A stretch of 64,000 nucleotides of DNA from Actinomycetota bacterium (GTDB taxonomy: Bacteria > Actinomycetota > Acidimicrobiia > Spongiisociales > ZC4RG35): the NCBI GenBank assembly GCA_052390035.1, contig JBQTHI010000007.1:8430-72429 (forward strand), written 5' to 3'. Numbering within the stretch: the first letter of the stretch is position 1; the number at the start of each line of letters is the position of its first letter. Position numbers and translations under genes: made by a program. Below, piece by piece: positions 1 to 10,200 of this stretch. The notes below the pieces were generated by a model. The model was not told the DNA's origin, did no database searches, and saw only the letters and a list, made by a program, of their open reading frames with translations.

Positions 1-808
1 TAGCAATCACCCGCTGAAGGAACACTGGAAGGGGCTCGGCGTGGCGCCGCATCGGGGTGTTGGCCTTGGCCCGGAAGTTCTGGATTATCACCTCTTGAAC
101 ACAGCCCCATTGCCGCTGGCGCTCGGCCAGAGCAGTAATCGAGTCGACGATCTCGGTGTCGGTCTCTCCGATCCCGATCAGGATGCCCGTGGTAAAAGGC
201 ACCCGCAAACGTCCGGCGGTGTCGACGACTTCGAGTCGGAGGGTGGGATCTTTGTCTGGACAGTCGAAGTGGGGCATCCCCGGTTCGAGCAGACGTCGGG
301 ACACATTCTCCAACATGAGGCCCATCGAGGGATTGAAGGGCCGCAACCGCGTCATCTCGCCTTCGCTCATAAGACCCGGGTTGGCATGTGGGAAGAGCCC
401 GGTCTCTTCAAGCACCGCCCGGCTCATCGACACCACATACCCGATCGTTGAAGTTTCGCCATGGGCGTCCAGGAACTCGACGGCCTGTGGCCAGCGGTCC
501 TCCGGTCGGTCTCCGAGAGTGAAGAGCGCCTCGGTGCAGCCATGTTGGCGGCCCGCCGCCGCCACCGCGAGTACCTCTTCCGGCTCGAGGTACATCCCGC
601 CCTGGCCCGGGGGCTGGGCAAATGTGCAGTAGGTGCAACGGTCCCGGCAAAGGGTCGTCAGCGGGATGAAGACCTTGCGGCTGTAAGTGACTGTGTGACC
701 TTTGCCATCGTCGCGCAGCTGGCGGGCGTGGGCCAGCAACGGCGCCGGGTCGACCTCACCTTCCAGGTAGGCGAGGGCAAGTTCGGGGTCGGGAGGCGGG
801 TGAGCCAT
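1..808 (-). CDS. cofG: Radical-SAM FO synthase CofG (or N-terminal CofG domain of fused FbiC), F420 biosynthesis; 5' part only, C-terminus lies beyond the window start
   Basis: Hand translation of the minus strand from the ATG at 808-806 gives MAHPPPDPELALAYLEG...TYSRKVFIPLTTLCRDRCTYCTF..., carrying the CxxxCxxC radical-SAM motif and close similarity to the FbiC/CofG N-terminus. The ORF runs off the window edge, so it is absent from the ORF track. Confidence 0.7.
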   Translation of the reverse strand, partial: MAHPPPDPELALAYLEGEVDPAPLLAHARQLRDDGKGHTVTYSRKVFIPLTTLCRDRCTYCTFAQPPGQGGMYLEPEEVLAVAAAGRQHGCTEALFTLGDRPEDRWPQAVEFLDAHGETSTIGYVVSMSRAVLEETGLFPHANPGLMSEGEMTRLRPFNPSMGLMLENVSRRLLEPGMPHFDCPDKDPTLRLEVVDTAGRLRVPFTTGILIGIGETDTEIVDSITALAERQRQWGCVQEVIIQNFRAKANTPMRRHAEPLPVFLQRVIA

Positions 809-811
809 CTG

Positions 812-1591
812 TCAAGAGATCTGGGACGCCCCGGCCCCAATAACCCCTCCGTCGACGGGAAGAACCACCCCGGTGATCCACGAGGCGGCATCGGAGGCGA
901 GGAACACGATCGCCCGGGCGACATCGTCGGGCTCGCCCAGACGACCTAGCGGATGGCCGGCGGCGGCCACTGATTCCTGGTCCTGCCACAAGGAGCCTGC
1001 CAGCCGGGTTTTGACGACTCCGGGGGCGACCGCATTGACCCGGATACGGGGGGCGAGCTCGAAGGCAAGCTGTCGGGTGAGGTGGGCAAGAGCTGCTTTG
1101 GAAATGTTGTAGGCGCCGAGGATGGCGGCCGGACGCAAGCCACCGACCGATGAAACGTTGACTATGGAACCGCCGTGGTCAGCCATCCATTGCCCGACGG
1201 CCTGCTGGCACCAGACCAGGGGTGCGCGCTGGTTGACCGCCCAGGTCTTGTCAACCGCACCCATCTCCACCGTGGCAAGCGGTCCCGCCGCCGGGTTGGT
1301 CCCGGCGTTGTTGATCAGGATGTCGCAAGCGCCAAAACGGTCAATCGTCGTTTTCACGGCGATCACTGCGTCTTCATCTCGATCTGCCTTCGCCACCAGG
1401 GTCAGGACCCGATCGGCGGCGGCGCCAGCCTCTACCAACTGCTGGCGAGAAGCCTCGAGATTCTCTGATTTTCGGCCGGTGATCGCCACCCCTTCGGCCC
1501 CCGAGCGGATGAATTCGAGGGCGGTGGCCTGACCGATGCCCCTGCTGCCACCGGTGACCAGAGCGACCTTGCCATCAACACGGACGTCCAT
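812..1591 (-). CDS. SDR-family short-chain dehydrogenase/reductase
   Basis: TGGSRGIG Rossmann motif, NNAG motif, YxxxK (YNISKAAL) catalytic motif; 259 aa. Confidence 0.85.
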   Translation of the reverse strand: MDVRVDGKVALVTGGSRGIGQATALEFIRSGAEGVAITGRKSENLEASRQQLVEAGAAADRVLTLVAKADRDEDAVIAVKTTIDRFGACDILINNAGTNPAAGPLATVEMGAVDKTWAVNQRAPLVWCQQAVGQWMADHGGSIVNVSSVGGLRPAAILGAYNISKAALAHLTRQLAFELAPRIRVNAVAPGVVKTRLAGSLWQDQESVAAAGHPLGRLGEPDDVARAIVFLASDAASWITGVVLPVDGGVIGAGASQIS

Positions 1592-1600
1592 GACCGAACG

Positions 1601-2146
1601 TTAACCACCCCCCGAATGCCCGGAACCTCGTTGGTGGCCACCCCGTGCGACCCCGCCGTACTTCATCCGCGTATCGGACATTGCCGCCGCCCGGGCCTCC
1701 GAGTCGTTGACCCCAGCCTCGACCACTTCCCCGACGAAGAAAGTGTGGGTGCCGAGGTCATGGTGGTGACGAACTTCACACTCGAGCCAGGCGATCGATT
1801 CGAGAAAGATGGGAGCGCCGGTGCTACCAACTCTTATCGCCCGTTGATTGAGCGCATCTCCGTCCCTGATGGCTGGTTTGGAGAACTTGACAAACACCCG
1901 GGTATCTTCCGAAGACCAGAGATTGACGGTGAACACACCCCCGGCTTTGATCAGGCGGTGGGTGATGGAGTTGTTATCGACGCCCACCCCGATCAAAACC
2001 GGTTCCATCGATACCTGAGTGACCCAAGAAGCGGTCATCGCGTTCATCTCTTCGCCGCTGTTGGATCCGATCAGAACCAGGGCGTTGGGAATCATCCACG
2101 TGACTTGGTTGATCAGCTCGTCCGGCAGCTCAGGCATATTTGCCAT
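1601..2146 (-). CDS. Flavin reductase-like (FMN-binding split-barrel) protein
   Basis: NAMTASWVTQVSMEPVLIGV... pattern typical of the flavin reductase domain; Gly/His-rich C-terminal tail. Confidence 0.75.
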   Translation of the reverse strand: MANMPELPDELINQVTWMIPNALVLIGSNSGEEMNAMTASWVTQVSMEPVLIGVGVDNNSITHRLIKAGGVFTVNLWSSEDTRVFVKFSKPAIRDGDALNQRAIRVGSTGAPIFLESIAWLECEVRHHHDLGTHTFFVGEVVEAGVNDSEARAAAMSDTRMKYGGVARGGHQRGSGHSGGG

Positions 2147-2721
2147 GCTGGCGGCCCGCTGGCCCGGGCGTCAATCCCGTCGCCGCCCTAGTCTTCGGGT
2201 CCGTGCACGTCCTCGTCGCCACCACCGGAGTGCTGGCTCCGGCTGCGGTAGCCGACCTCTGTGACCTGCTCGTGCGGCCAGGCGACGCGGCGCTAACCGT
2301 GATGACCGTCATCCAGGTACCCCGCACATTCCTTTCCTCTCTTGATGACGAGGAGCGCCGGTCGCTATTCGATGACGATTTCTATCGCACCGAGCAAGCC
2401 GAATCCAAGGCAGCCAGATATCTGGAAGAGCGCGGTCGCCGAATCGTTGATCCCCTGGTGGCGGCTCTAACCGCCCGCGGCCGCCAGGCCACCGTACATC
2501 TGGTTGAGGGTGATGACCCTGCCGAGGCCATCCTCGGCACCGCTCAAAAGGTAGGCGCCGATCTGTTGATGATGGGCGCAACCCGCCGTCTCTTCACCGA
2601 GCAGGCCTGGACGAGCGTCTCGGTCAGGGTGATGGAGCGATGCCAGGTGCCGCTGATCCTGGTGCCAGGGTTGCGGGCCGAGGACACCGGCGAGTTCCCA
2701 TTGCCGGGCCTAGTTGGGTGA
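2140..2721 (+). CDS. Universal stress protein (UspA family); true start probably an internal GTG around 2180-2200
   Basis: VHVLVATTG...GADLLMMGATRR...VPLILVP pattern of the Usp ATP-binding fold; divergent from the flavin reductase gene. Confidence 0.6.
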   Translation: MPCWRPAGPGVNPVAALVFGSVHVLVATTGVLAPAAVADLCDLLVRPGDAALTVMTVIQVPRTFLSSLDDEERRSLFDDDFYRTEQAESKAARYLEERGRRIVDPLVAALTARGRQATVHLVEGDDPAEAILGTAQKVGADLLMMGATRRLFTEQAWTSVSVRVMERCQVPLILVPGLRAEDTGEFPLPGLVG

Positions 2722-2734
2722 TCCCCAGCGAATG

Positions 2735-4687
2735 TCAGTCGCCGCCGGCCTGGCCGTCGGCGAGCGAGGCCGGTCTGATACTGAGAGGGCCGGCTTTGGC
2801 GGCTCGGAACTGGGTTTCGAACAGCTCGCGGTAAAGGCCTCCCCGCTCGAGCAGTTCGTCGTGGGTGCCGGTCTCGACCAGGCGACCTTGATCAAGTACC
2901 ACGATCTTGTCGGCGGCGAGAATGGTTGACAGTCGATGGGCGATGACTACCGAGGTGCGCCCCACCATCAGGCGCTCGAGGGCCTCCTGGATCAGAGCTT
3001 CGGACCTCGAGTCGAGATGTGAGGTCGCCTCGTCGAGGATCAGCACCGCCGGATCCTTGAGAATTACCCGGGCAATTGCCAAGCGCTGACGCTCGCCTCC
3101 TGACAGCCGGTATCCGCGTTCGCCCACCATGGTTTGGTAACCGTCTGGCAGCGAGGCGATGAAGTCCCCGATGTTGGCTGCCCGGCAAGCCTCCTCCAAC
3201 TCCAGGTCCGAGGCGTCCTCACGGGCGTAGCGAAGGTTGGCGGCGATGGTGTCGTGGAAGAGATAGGTCTCCTGGGTCACGACCCCCACACCGCGGGCCA
3301 GCGATGGAAACGTGAGACTCCGAACGTCATGTCCATCCATGAAGATCGCCCCTCGATCAACGTCGTAAAGGCGCGGAATGAGATACGAGATGGTCGTCTT
3401 CCCGGCTCCACTAGGCCCCACCAGTGCCGTGAGCTCGCCCTTGGAAATCGAGAAGGAGATGTCTTCGAGCGCCCACTCTCTGCTCGACACCTGTTGGGGC
3501 ACCAGACCCTCCTCGAACGGAGTGGCCCTCCTTCCGAAGCGACGCACCGCCTCGAGACCGACAGGTGCCTCCGATTGATACCGAAAAAAGACATGGTCGA
3601 ATGCCAGGTCGCCTTCTATGGCGCTCAATGCCACAGTCCCCTCAGCCAATTCGGAACCCATGTCGAGCACCTCAAATACCCGCTCGAAGGAGACCATCGA
3701 GGTGGCGAGCTCGACGCGTGAATTGGTGAGGGAGCTCAAAGGCCCATATAGCTGGCCGAGCAGCGCCGTGAACATCACCACCGTTCCGAGGGTGATCTGG
3801 TCGCGGATAACCATGTAACCGCCGACCCAAAAAACGGCGGCGCTGCCGACGGCACTCACCAGTCCCAAAGTGGCGAAGAACCAGCGGCCCACCATCGCCT
3901 GTTTGACTCCCAGGTCCCTTGCCCCGGCGGCTTCAATCCCGTAGCGCTCCGATTCGCGCCGCTCCCGCCCGAACAGCTTCACGAGCAGGGCGCCTGAGAT
4001 GTTGAACGTCTCCTGCAGCACCACCGACATAGCGGCGTTTCTCTCCATTTGCTGATCGGTGTAACGGCGAAGAATCTTGGCCACCCGCCTGGCCGGCATT
4101 GCAAACAGGGGCAGCGCTGCCACGGCCAAAAGAGTGAGGCGCCATTCGGCACGCACCATCACGGTCAGGATCACGATGACCGACACCACGTTGGAGAAGA
4201 CGGTGATGAAAGTGCCGGTTATCGCCTGCTGGGCTCCGACCACATCGGTGTTGACCCGGGAAATCAGCTCCCCGGTTCGGGTCGTGGTGAAGAAACGAAG
4301 CGACATTCGCTGTAGGTGGTCATAGAGCTGACGGCGAAGGTCGTAAATGATGCCCTCACCGGCGCGGGCCGACCACCACCTCTGCAGGATGCCGATGGCG
4401 GAGTTGATCAAGGGAAGGGCGACAATCCCCAGTCCGAGCAGGGTCAACAGGCCGAGGTCTTTGGCCGGCAAGGCGTCGTCGATCAGGCGCCGGGTGAGTT
4501 GCGCCGGCAGGACCGCCAGGATCGAAGTGACCAAGACGGTGGAGATCACCCCGATGAGTTGGCGACGGTAGGGCTGGCCGTATCTCCAAACCCGGCTCAG
4601 CAGTTCCCGGCTGAGTTCTGGCCTCTCATCGTCTTCCCCCAGCCGGAAGTAGCCACCCCAACCGCCGGGCCCGTGAAACGAAATCAT
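2735..4687 (-). CDS. ABC transporter, fused permease/ATP-binding exporter (MsbA/type-I exporter-like)
   Basis: Six-TM N-terminal domain; Walker A GPSGAGKTT, signature LSGGERQRLAIARV, Walker B ILDEATSHLD. Start set to the internal Met (MISFHGPGG...), which abuts the stop of the upstream gene at 4684; the first ~107 codons of the 757-aa track ORF overlap that gene and were rejected. Confidence 0.85.
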   Translation of the reverse strand: MISFHGPGGWGGYFRLGEDDERPELSRELLSRVWRYGQPYRRQLIGVISTVLVTSILAVLPAQLTRRLIDDALPAKDLGLLTLLGLGIVALPLINSAIGILQRWWSARAGEGIIYDLRRQLYDHLQRMSLRFFTTTRTGELISRVNTDVVGAQQAITGTFITVFSNVVSVIVILTVMVRAEWRLTLLAVAALPLFAMPARRVAKILRRYTDQQMERNAAMSVVLQETFNISGALLVKLFGRERRESERYGIEAAGARDLGVKQAMVGRWFFATLGLVSAVGSAAVFWVGGYMVIRDQITLGTVVMFTALLGQLYGPLSSLTNSRVELATSMVSFERVFEVLDMGSELAEGTVALSAIEGDLAFDHVFFRYQSEAPVGLEAVRRFGRRATPFEEGLVPQQVSSREWALEDISFSISKGELTALVGPSGAGKTTISYLIPRLYDVDRGAIFMDGHDVRSLTFPSLARGVGVVTQETYLFHDTIAANLRYAREDASDLELEEACRAANIGDFIASLPDGYQTMVGERGYRLSGGERQRLAIARVILKDPAVLILDEATSHLDSRSEALIQEALERLMVGRTSVVIAHRLSTILAADKIVVLDQGRLVETGTHDELLERGGLYRELFETQFRAAKAGPLSIRPASLADGQAGGD

Positions 4688-5430
4688 CGGGCGAGGCTCC
4701 CCAAGAATCGCATCGTGCTGGCCATCTGATGGCCCAGCGCCGTACTGATGCCCGAACGGAGAAAGAGCTCGTATCGATAGGTGTCCGAATACCAGACAAG
4801 GGTCGTGCCGAGCTCGTCGGTCAGCTCCCAGGCTGGGCGCTCGTCGATCTCGGTCACCGAACAGTTCGCCTGGCGGTCCACATACCGAGCGCAGCTTGTG
4901 TCGGCGGTCCCCGAAGCAAGCGCGGCGATCCACTCGGGATCGTTGGCCACCGAGAACACGCCCTGCTGGCCGACCGAACGCGAGCGGGTATATGGCTCGA
5001 CAGTCCACAACCCGAACGCGGCGACCTGGTCGGAGGCGAGGGTTATCTTGCTCAGGTCGTAGACGAGTTGGCTCGTCACAAAACGGACCTCGGGCGGGAC
5101 CTCACTCGGGAACTCAACCCCCGGAAGTGCCGCCGCAATTTCGGCGGGCGTAGCTTGCACATAGGGATCGCTCGCACGCGCCCTGGCATACACCCCGGAG
5201 ATGATTTCCCCGGGGGTGGTGCCGGCGACCGGGGTGAGGTCGGCATTGAACCATGCCACCCGGTTGACGGGCGCCAGTGAAGGCCCGGAGGCCGCGGTGG
5301 TTACCGTGCTGACGAGGGTGGATTTCCCGATCCACTCGGAAGAGCCTCCACCGACACCGGCCAGCGGCGCATCGCCACAAGCAATGATCAACGTGGCTAT
5401 CGCCACCCCAATCGGTCTCAAGATCGGCGC
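4684..5430 (-). CDS. Putative lipoprotein of unknown function
   Basis: TTG/GTG start region gives ...RPIGVAIATLIIAC GD..., a signal peptide with a lipobox LIIAC. Start position is uncertain; the remainder of the 303-aa track ORF is treated as upstream extension. Confidence 0.45.
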   Translation of the reverse strand, partial: APILRPIGVAIATLIIACGDAPLAGVGGGSSEWIGKSTLVSTVTTAASGPSLAPVNRVAWFNADLTPVAGTTPGEIISGVYARARASDPYVQATPAEIAAALPGVEFPSEVPPEVRFVTSQLVYDLSKITLASDQVAAFGLWTVEPYTRSRSVGQQGVFSVANDPEWIAALASGTADTSCARYVDRQANCSVTEIDERPAWELTDELGTTLVWYSDTYRYELFLRSGISTALGHQMASTMRFLGSLAR

Positions 5431-5474
5431 TCGCACCCCTCCATTCTGCCCGCTTCCTAGGATCGGCCGATCAA

Positions 5475-6622
5475 TGCCCACCGTTGTGGTCGTCAATGGG
5501 CCGAATCTAAATCTCCTTGGCGGGCGCGAGCCAAAGGTGTATGGCCGCACCACCCTCCCCGAACTCGAAGACCTCGCCACCGGCTGGGGTGCCAAGCTTG
5601 GTCTCGAAGTGGAGACCTTTCAGTCGAACCACGAGGGTGCGCTCATCGACCGAATTCATCAGGCGGGAGCAGAGGCTGACGGGGTTGTGCTCAACCCTGG
5701 TGCGTTTGGCCACTATTCCCGGGCGCTGGCAGACGCGGTCGAGGCGGCATCTCTACCTGTGGTTGAGGTCCACATCTCGAATGTGATGGAGCGGGAGCCG
5801 TGGCGCCGGCGGTCTGTTTTGACCCCGGTCTGCGTCCACACCATTTACGGGCGCGGGATCGAAGGATATGGCTGGGCCCTGCGCCACCTGGCTAATCGGT
5901 GGCGGATGAGCTCCCAACGGTTGGCTTACGGCGGGCTGCCAGATCAATACGGCGATCTCCGGGTGCCGGTCGAACGGAGCCGGGGTTTGGCGATCCTGGC
6001 CCATGGCGGGATGTGGCGCCACGAGTGGACCTACGACACCACCGAGGCGATAGCTGTCGATCTGGCAGAACGGAGCTTTCTCACCTGGAACGTCGAATAC
6101 CGCCGGGTGGGCCGGGGCGGCGGGTGGCCAGAGAGTTTCACCGACATCGCATTGGTCTTGGATCGCGCCGGCGAGTTGACGGGAATCGAACCGGACCGCA
6201 CGCTCGTAGTCGGGCATTCGGTCGGTGCGACCATGGCGCTTTGGGCGGCGCACCACAAGACGGGCAAACATCTCCCTGCGCTGGTCGTGGCTCTGGCGCC
6301 TATCACCGACATGATTCTTTCCCAACAACAGAAAATCGACGGTGGGTCGATCGATCGCCTCCTCGCCGGCCAGAGCCCCCCGCCCGACAGTTATTCACCC
6401 TTCCATCGGCTGCCCAGTGGGGTTCCGGCGCTGCTAGTGGCTGCGCCCGACGATCGTCTGGTACCGATCGAGGGGCCCCGCGCCTATCACCAAGCCGGTC
6501 TCCAGGCCGGGGACGATCTCCGGATGGTGGAGGTTGAAGGCGGCCACCTGGCTTTTCTCGATCCAGATACAACGGCTTGGAGCGTCCCAGCTTCGGAGAT
6601 CGAGCGCGAATTCCGCCGCTAA
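5475..6622 (+). CDS. aroQ: Type II 3-dehydroquinate dehydratase (AroQ) fused in frame to a C-terminal alpha/beta-hydrolase domain
   Basis: N-terminus MPTVVVVNGPNLNLLGGREPKVYG...HISNVMEREPWRR...GYGWALRHL is the classic AroQ fold (~145 aa). It continues without a stop into ...LAILAHGG...VVGHSVGATMALW (GxSxG nucleophile elbow) ...GGHLAF (catalytic His region), ~235 aa. Confidence 0.75.
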
Positions 6623-6708
6623 CCGGTTTGCCGGAGAGATTTCCACAGGTTTAGCCTCTCGACACCCAATGGCATTCGGGAAGTAACCACCCGATCGGGC
6701 GGAGTCAA

Positions 6709-7293
6709 ATGAGTTTCCACAGGTTCTTGTATCTGTGCGGATGGACGGCGGTGATCCTCCTCGCCATCGCCGGATTCGCCGCGTTCAACACGAGGTCGAA
6801 CGGCCCCTCCGTCTCCACCGTCATCTCCGAATCGGTTTGGGGCGGATCGGCGGGCGCGGTATCGGCTCAGGGTTGGATGGCCCTGACCGGCACCAAGACC
6901 AAGGCCCCGATCGTGGCCTCTACCTCCCCCGGCGGCGGCACGACCAAACCTCGCCCCGTCCAGCCAAGCTTGACCGAAGCCACCACCCTCGACACCGGGT
7001 GGCTCGACTCGATCACCCTCCGCAACCTGGTGGAAACCCAGTTTGCCACCAGCGACGTGAACCGGGCAATCAGGCTCGCCTGGTGCCTGTCCCGGTTCGA
7101 CGTCGACCTGGTTAATCCATCCACGGGGGCAGTCGGTCTGTTCCAGATCCTGCCCGAGGACTGGGGCGGGGCCGTGACTGCCCTCGGTTTAGCCGCCGAA
7201 GCCGACCCCTTCGATCCGCTGGTGAGCGCCCAGGTGGCGTCATACATCACCTATCACGGCAACGGGTGGGACTATTGGAATTGTTCGGGTTGA
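6709..7293 (+). CDS. Membrane-anchored transglycosylase-like (SLT-domain-like) protein
   Basis: N-terminal TM helix, Gly/Thr/Pro-rich linker, C-terminal ...AIRLAWCLSRFDVDLVNPSTGAVGLFQILPEDW resembling the lytic transglycosylase family 1 motif. Confidence 0.55.
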   Translation: MSFHRFLYLCGWTAVILLAIAGFAAFNTRSNGPSVSTVISESVWGGSAGAVSAQGWMALTGTKTKAPIVASTSPGGGTTKPRPVQPSLTEATTLDTGWLDSITLRNLVETQFATSDVNRAIRLAWCLSRFDVDLVNPSTGAVGLFQILPEDWGGAVTALGLAAEADPFDPLVSAQVASYITYHGNGWDYWNCSG

Positions 7294-7297
7294 CCGT

Positions 7298-10200
7298 TTA
7301 GCGGAAGTCTCGCGATTGCAGGGCGTTGATGCCGAGCGGTTGGAAACGATGGGCCACCAGATTGGTCACCCCATCGCGATATTCGATGTTGCCGCCGATG
7401 ACCACCGCAGGGTAACGGCGGGCTTGCACCCGGTACTTTTGCCAGACCTCCGGTAACACCACCACATTGAGTAATCCGGTCTCGTCCTCCAAGTTGAGGA
7501 AAACCACTCCCCTGGCAGTTCCCGGCCTTTGACGATGGGTAACCACACCGCCGACTTCTGCTTTCACCCCGTTGCGGCGCAGGTCAAGCGCCTGCATCAC
7601 CGTCAGACAACCGTCTGCTTTCAACTGGTCGCGGATGAACTGGATCGGATGGCTGTTGGACACTCCCGTCGCCCATAACTCTGCTCGATGGCGCTCTTGG
7701 GGGCTCATCTCCTCTAGATTCGGTGCGGCCACTCCGGGGGAAAGCGCCAGGCGACCGGGGTCGATCTCGGCAAGGGCCCCTGCTGCCCACAGAGCTTCCC
7801 GCCGATCCAGCCCCAACTCGGCCAGCGACCCGGCCGCGGCCAGCCCCTCGAGGGCGCCCACCGACAGTCCGGTCCGGGAGGCGAGGTCCTCCGGGGTTTG
7901 AAAGCGACCGCCAAGCTGACGTGCGGCTTCGATCCGGTCGATCTCCTTCCCGCCGAGGTTGCGGACATAACGCAGTCCAAGACGGACAGCAACCGAGGAC
8001 CGCAACGGATCCTCCACCGGTCCCCGGCCTCGTCGCCACGAAGCTCCGTAGTAGCAACGAATATCGTCGGGATCGGCTGACCATGGTTCGATGGTGCAAT
8101 CGAAGAAGGAGCGGTTGATACAGGGCCCCAGCACCTCCACTCCGTGCCTTCGGGCATCCTGGGCCAGCGAGTTGGGGCTATAAAAGCCCATCGGCTGGGC
8201 GTTGAGCAGCCCGGCGAGGGTCTCCGCCGGCCAGTGGTATTTGAGCCAGGCCGACATGTAGGCGATGTAGGCGAAGCTGACCGAGTGGCTTTCGGGGAAG
8301 CCAAAGTGGGCAAACCCCTGAAGCTTTTCCCAAATCTCGGCGGCGGCAGCTCCCACCACCCCTTGACCGGCCATCCCACCGAAGACCTCCTCCCGCAGCC
8401 GGCTCATCGCCTCTTCTGATCGTTTATGGGTCATTGCCTGGCGGAGCCGATCGGACTGGCCGCCATCAAAGCCTGCGCATACCCGGGCCAGTTCCATCAG
8501 TTGTTCCTGGAAGATTGGTACCCCCAAGGTCTTTTCCAAGATCGGCTTGGTGAGAGGATGGGGATAACGAACCGGCTCCTCACCGCTACGTCTTCGCAAA
8601 TAGGGATGGACCGACTGGCCCTGGATGGGGCCGGGACGAATCAGCGCCACCTCTACCGCCAGGTCGTAGAAAGTACGCGGTTTCATCCGGGGCAGAGTGG
8701 CCATCTGTGCCCGCGACTCCACCTGGAACATCCCCACCGTGTCGGCCTTGGTCAACATCTCATAGATGGCCGGCTCCTGGGGGATGGTGGCCAGGTCGAC
8801 CTCCACCCCATGGGCTTCTGAGATCAGATCGGTGGTCAGATGGAGGGCGTTGAGCATCCCCAGCCCGAGCAGATCGAATTTCACAATCCCGATCGCGGCG
8901 CAGTCGTCTTTGTCCCATTGGAGGACTGTGCGCCCTTCCATCCTTCCCCACTCAAGCGGTACCACCTGCGACAGGGGCCGGTCAGCAATCACCATTCCCC
9001 CCGAGTGAATCCCCAGATGGCGGGGAAAGCCGTCGAGCCGCCAGCAGACGTCATAGATCAGCTCGGCCGATAGCCCGGCTGGGAGCGGGGCGTCGAGCCG
9101 GAGGTTGGCCGGGTCGTGGCCGTCGACATATTTGGCGAGACCGTCAACCTGGGCCTGGGTGAAGCCAAAAGCTTTGCCCACGTCGCGCAGTACCGAGCGG
9201 GCCCGATAGGTGATGACGTTGGCAACCATCGCCGCCCGCTCCCGCCCGTATCGTCGATAACAATATTGGATCACCTCCTCCCGGCGATCGGCCTCCAAGT
9301 CGAGGTCGATGTCGGGGGGACGGCCCCTTTCCTCGGAGAGAAAACGCTCGAACGGAAGACCGAGCCTGATCGGATCCACCCTGGTGAGACCCAGACACCG
9401 GCACACCGCCGAGTCCGCCCCCGACCCCCGGATCTGACAGAAGATGTCCTGGCTGCGGGCAAAGTTGACCAGGTCCCACACCACCAGGAAATAGCCGGCA
9501 AATCCGAGACGGTCGATCACCACCAACTCGTGTTCCAGCCGGTTACGAGCGGTCGGGTCGACCAGCCCCTCCCCATTGCCCGGGTAGATGACCCGCGCCG
9601 CTTCCCAGGTGAGATTACGTAGGTACTCCATCTCGGACCGAAAATGCCCGGGCATGGGGAAGTCGGGCAAATTGGGCGCTATCAACCTCAAGTCGAAGGT
9701 GAGACTTTTCGCCAGGTCGACTGAGTTGGCCACCGTCCCCGGATAGTGGTGGAAACGGCGGTTCATTTCCGCCGGGGTCTTGAGATGGCGTTGATCGGTG
9801 GCGGGGCGGAAGCCATCGGCCTGTTCGAGCGAACGTCTTCCTCCCACCGCCGCCAGCACCTCCGACAGATCGGCTTCACCCGGCCGGTGGTAATGCACGT
9901 TGTTGGTTGCCACCACCCCCAGGTTGAGACGTCCCGATACCTCCCATACCAAATCGTTGCGCAGATCGTCTTCAGGGAGCCCGTGGTGCCATAGCTCCAG
10001 ATACAACCGGTCGGAAAAGACCTCCCGAAGCTTGACGGCGGCGGTCATCGCCCCTGCCAGATCTCCCCGTTGGGCGGCGATCGGCACCGCCCCCAGCCGG
10101 CAGCCACTCAAAGCCACCAGGTCGGGCGACCTTGCCGCGGCGGACAGGTCTTCCCAGAGAACCACCGGACGGTCTTTCCGTCCACGGATCTGGGCAGTGG

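Noticed and set aside
4688-5008. N-terminal 107 codons of the 757-aa ABC transporter ORF, and the 5431..5595 part of the 303-aa upstream ORF
   Set aside because: These extensions overlap the neighbouring genes and lack any transporter or lipoprotein features. Internal starts (MISFHGPGG at 4687; lipobox start ~5430) give non-overlapping, typical-length proteins.
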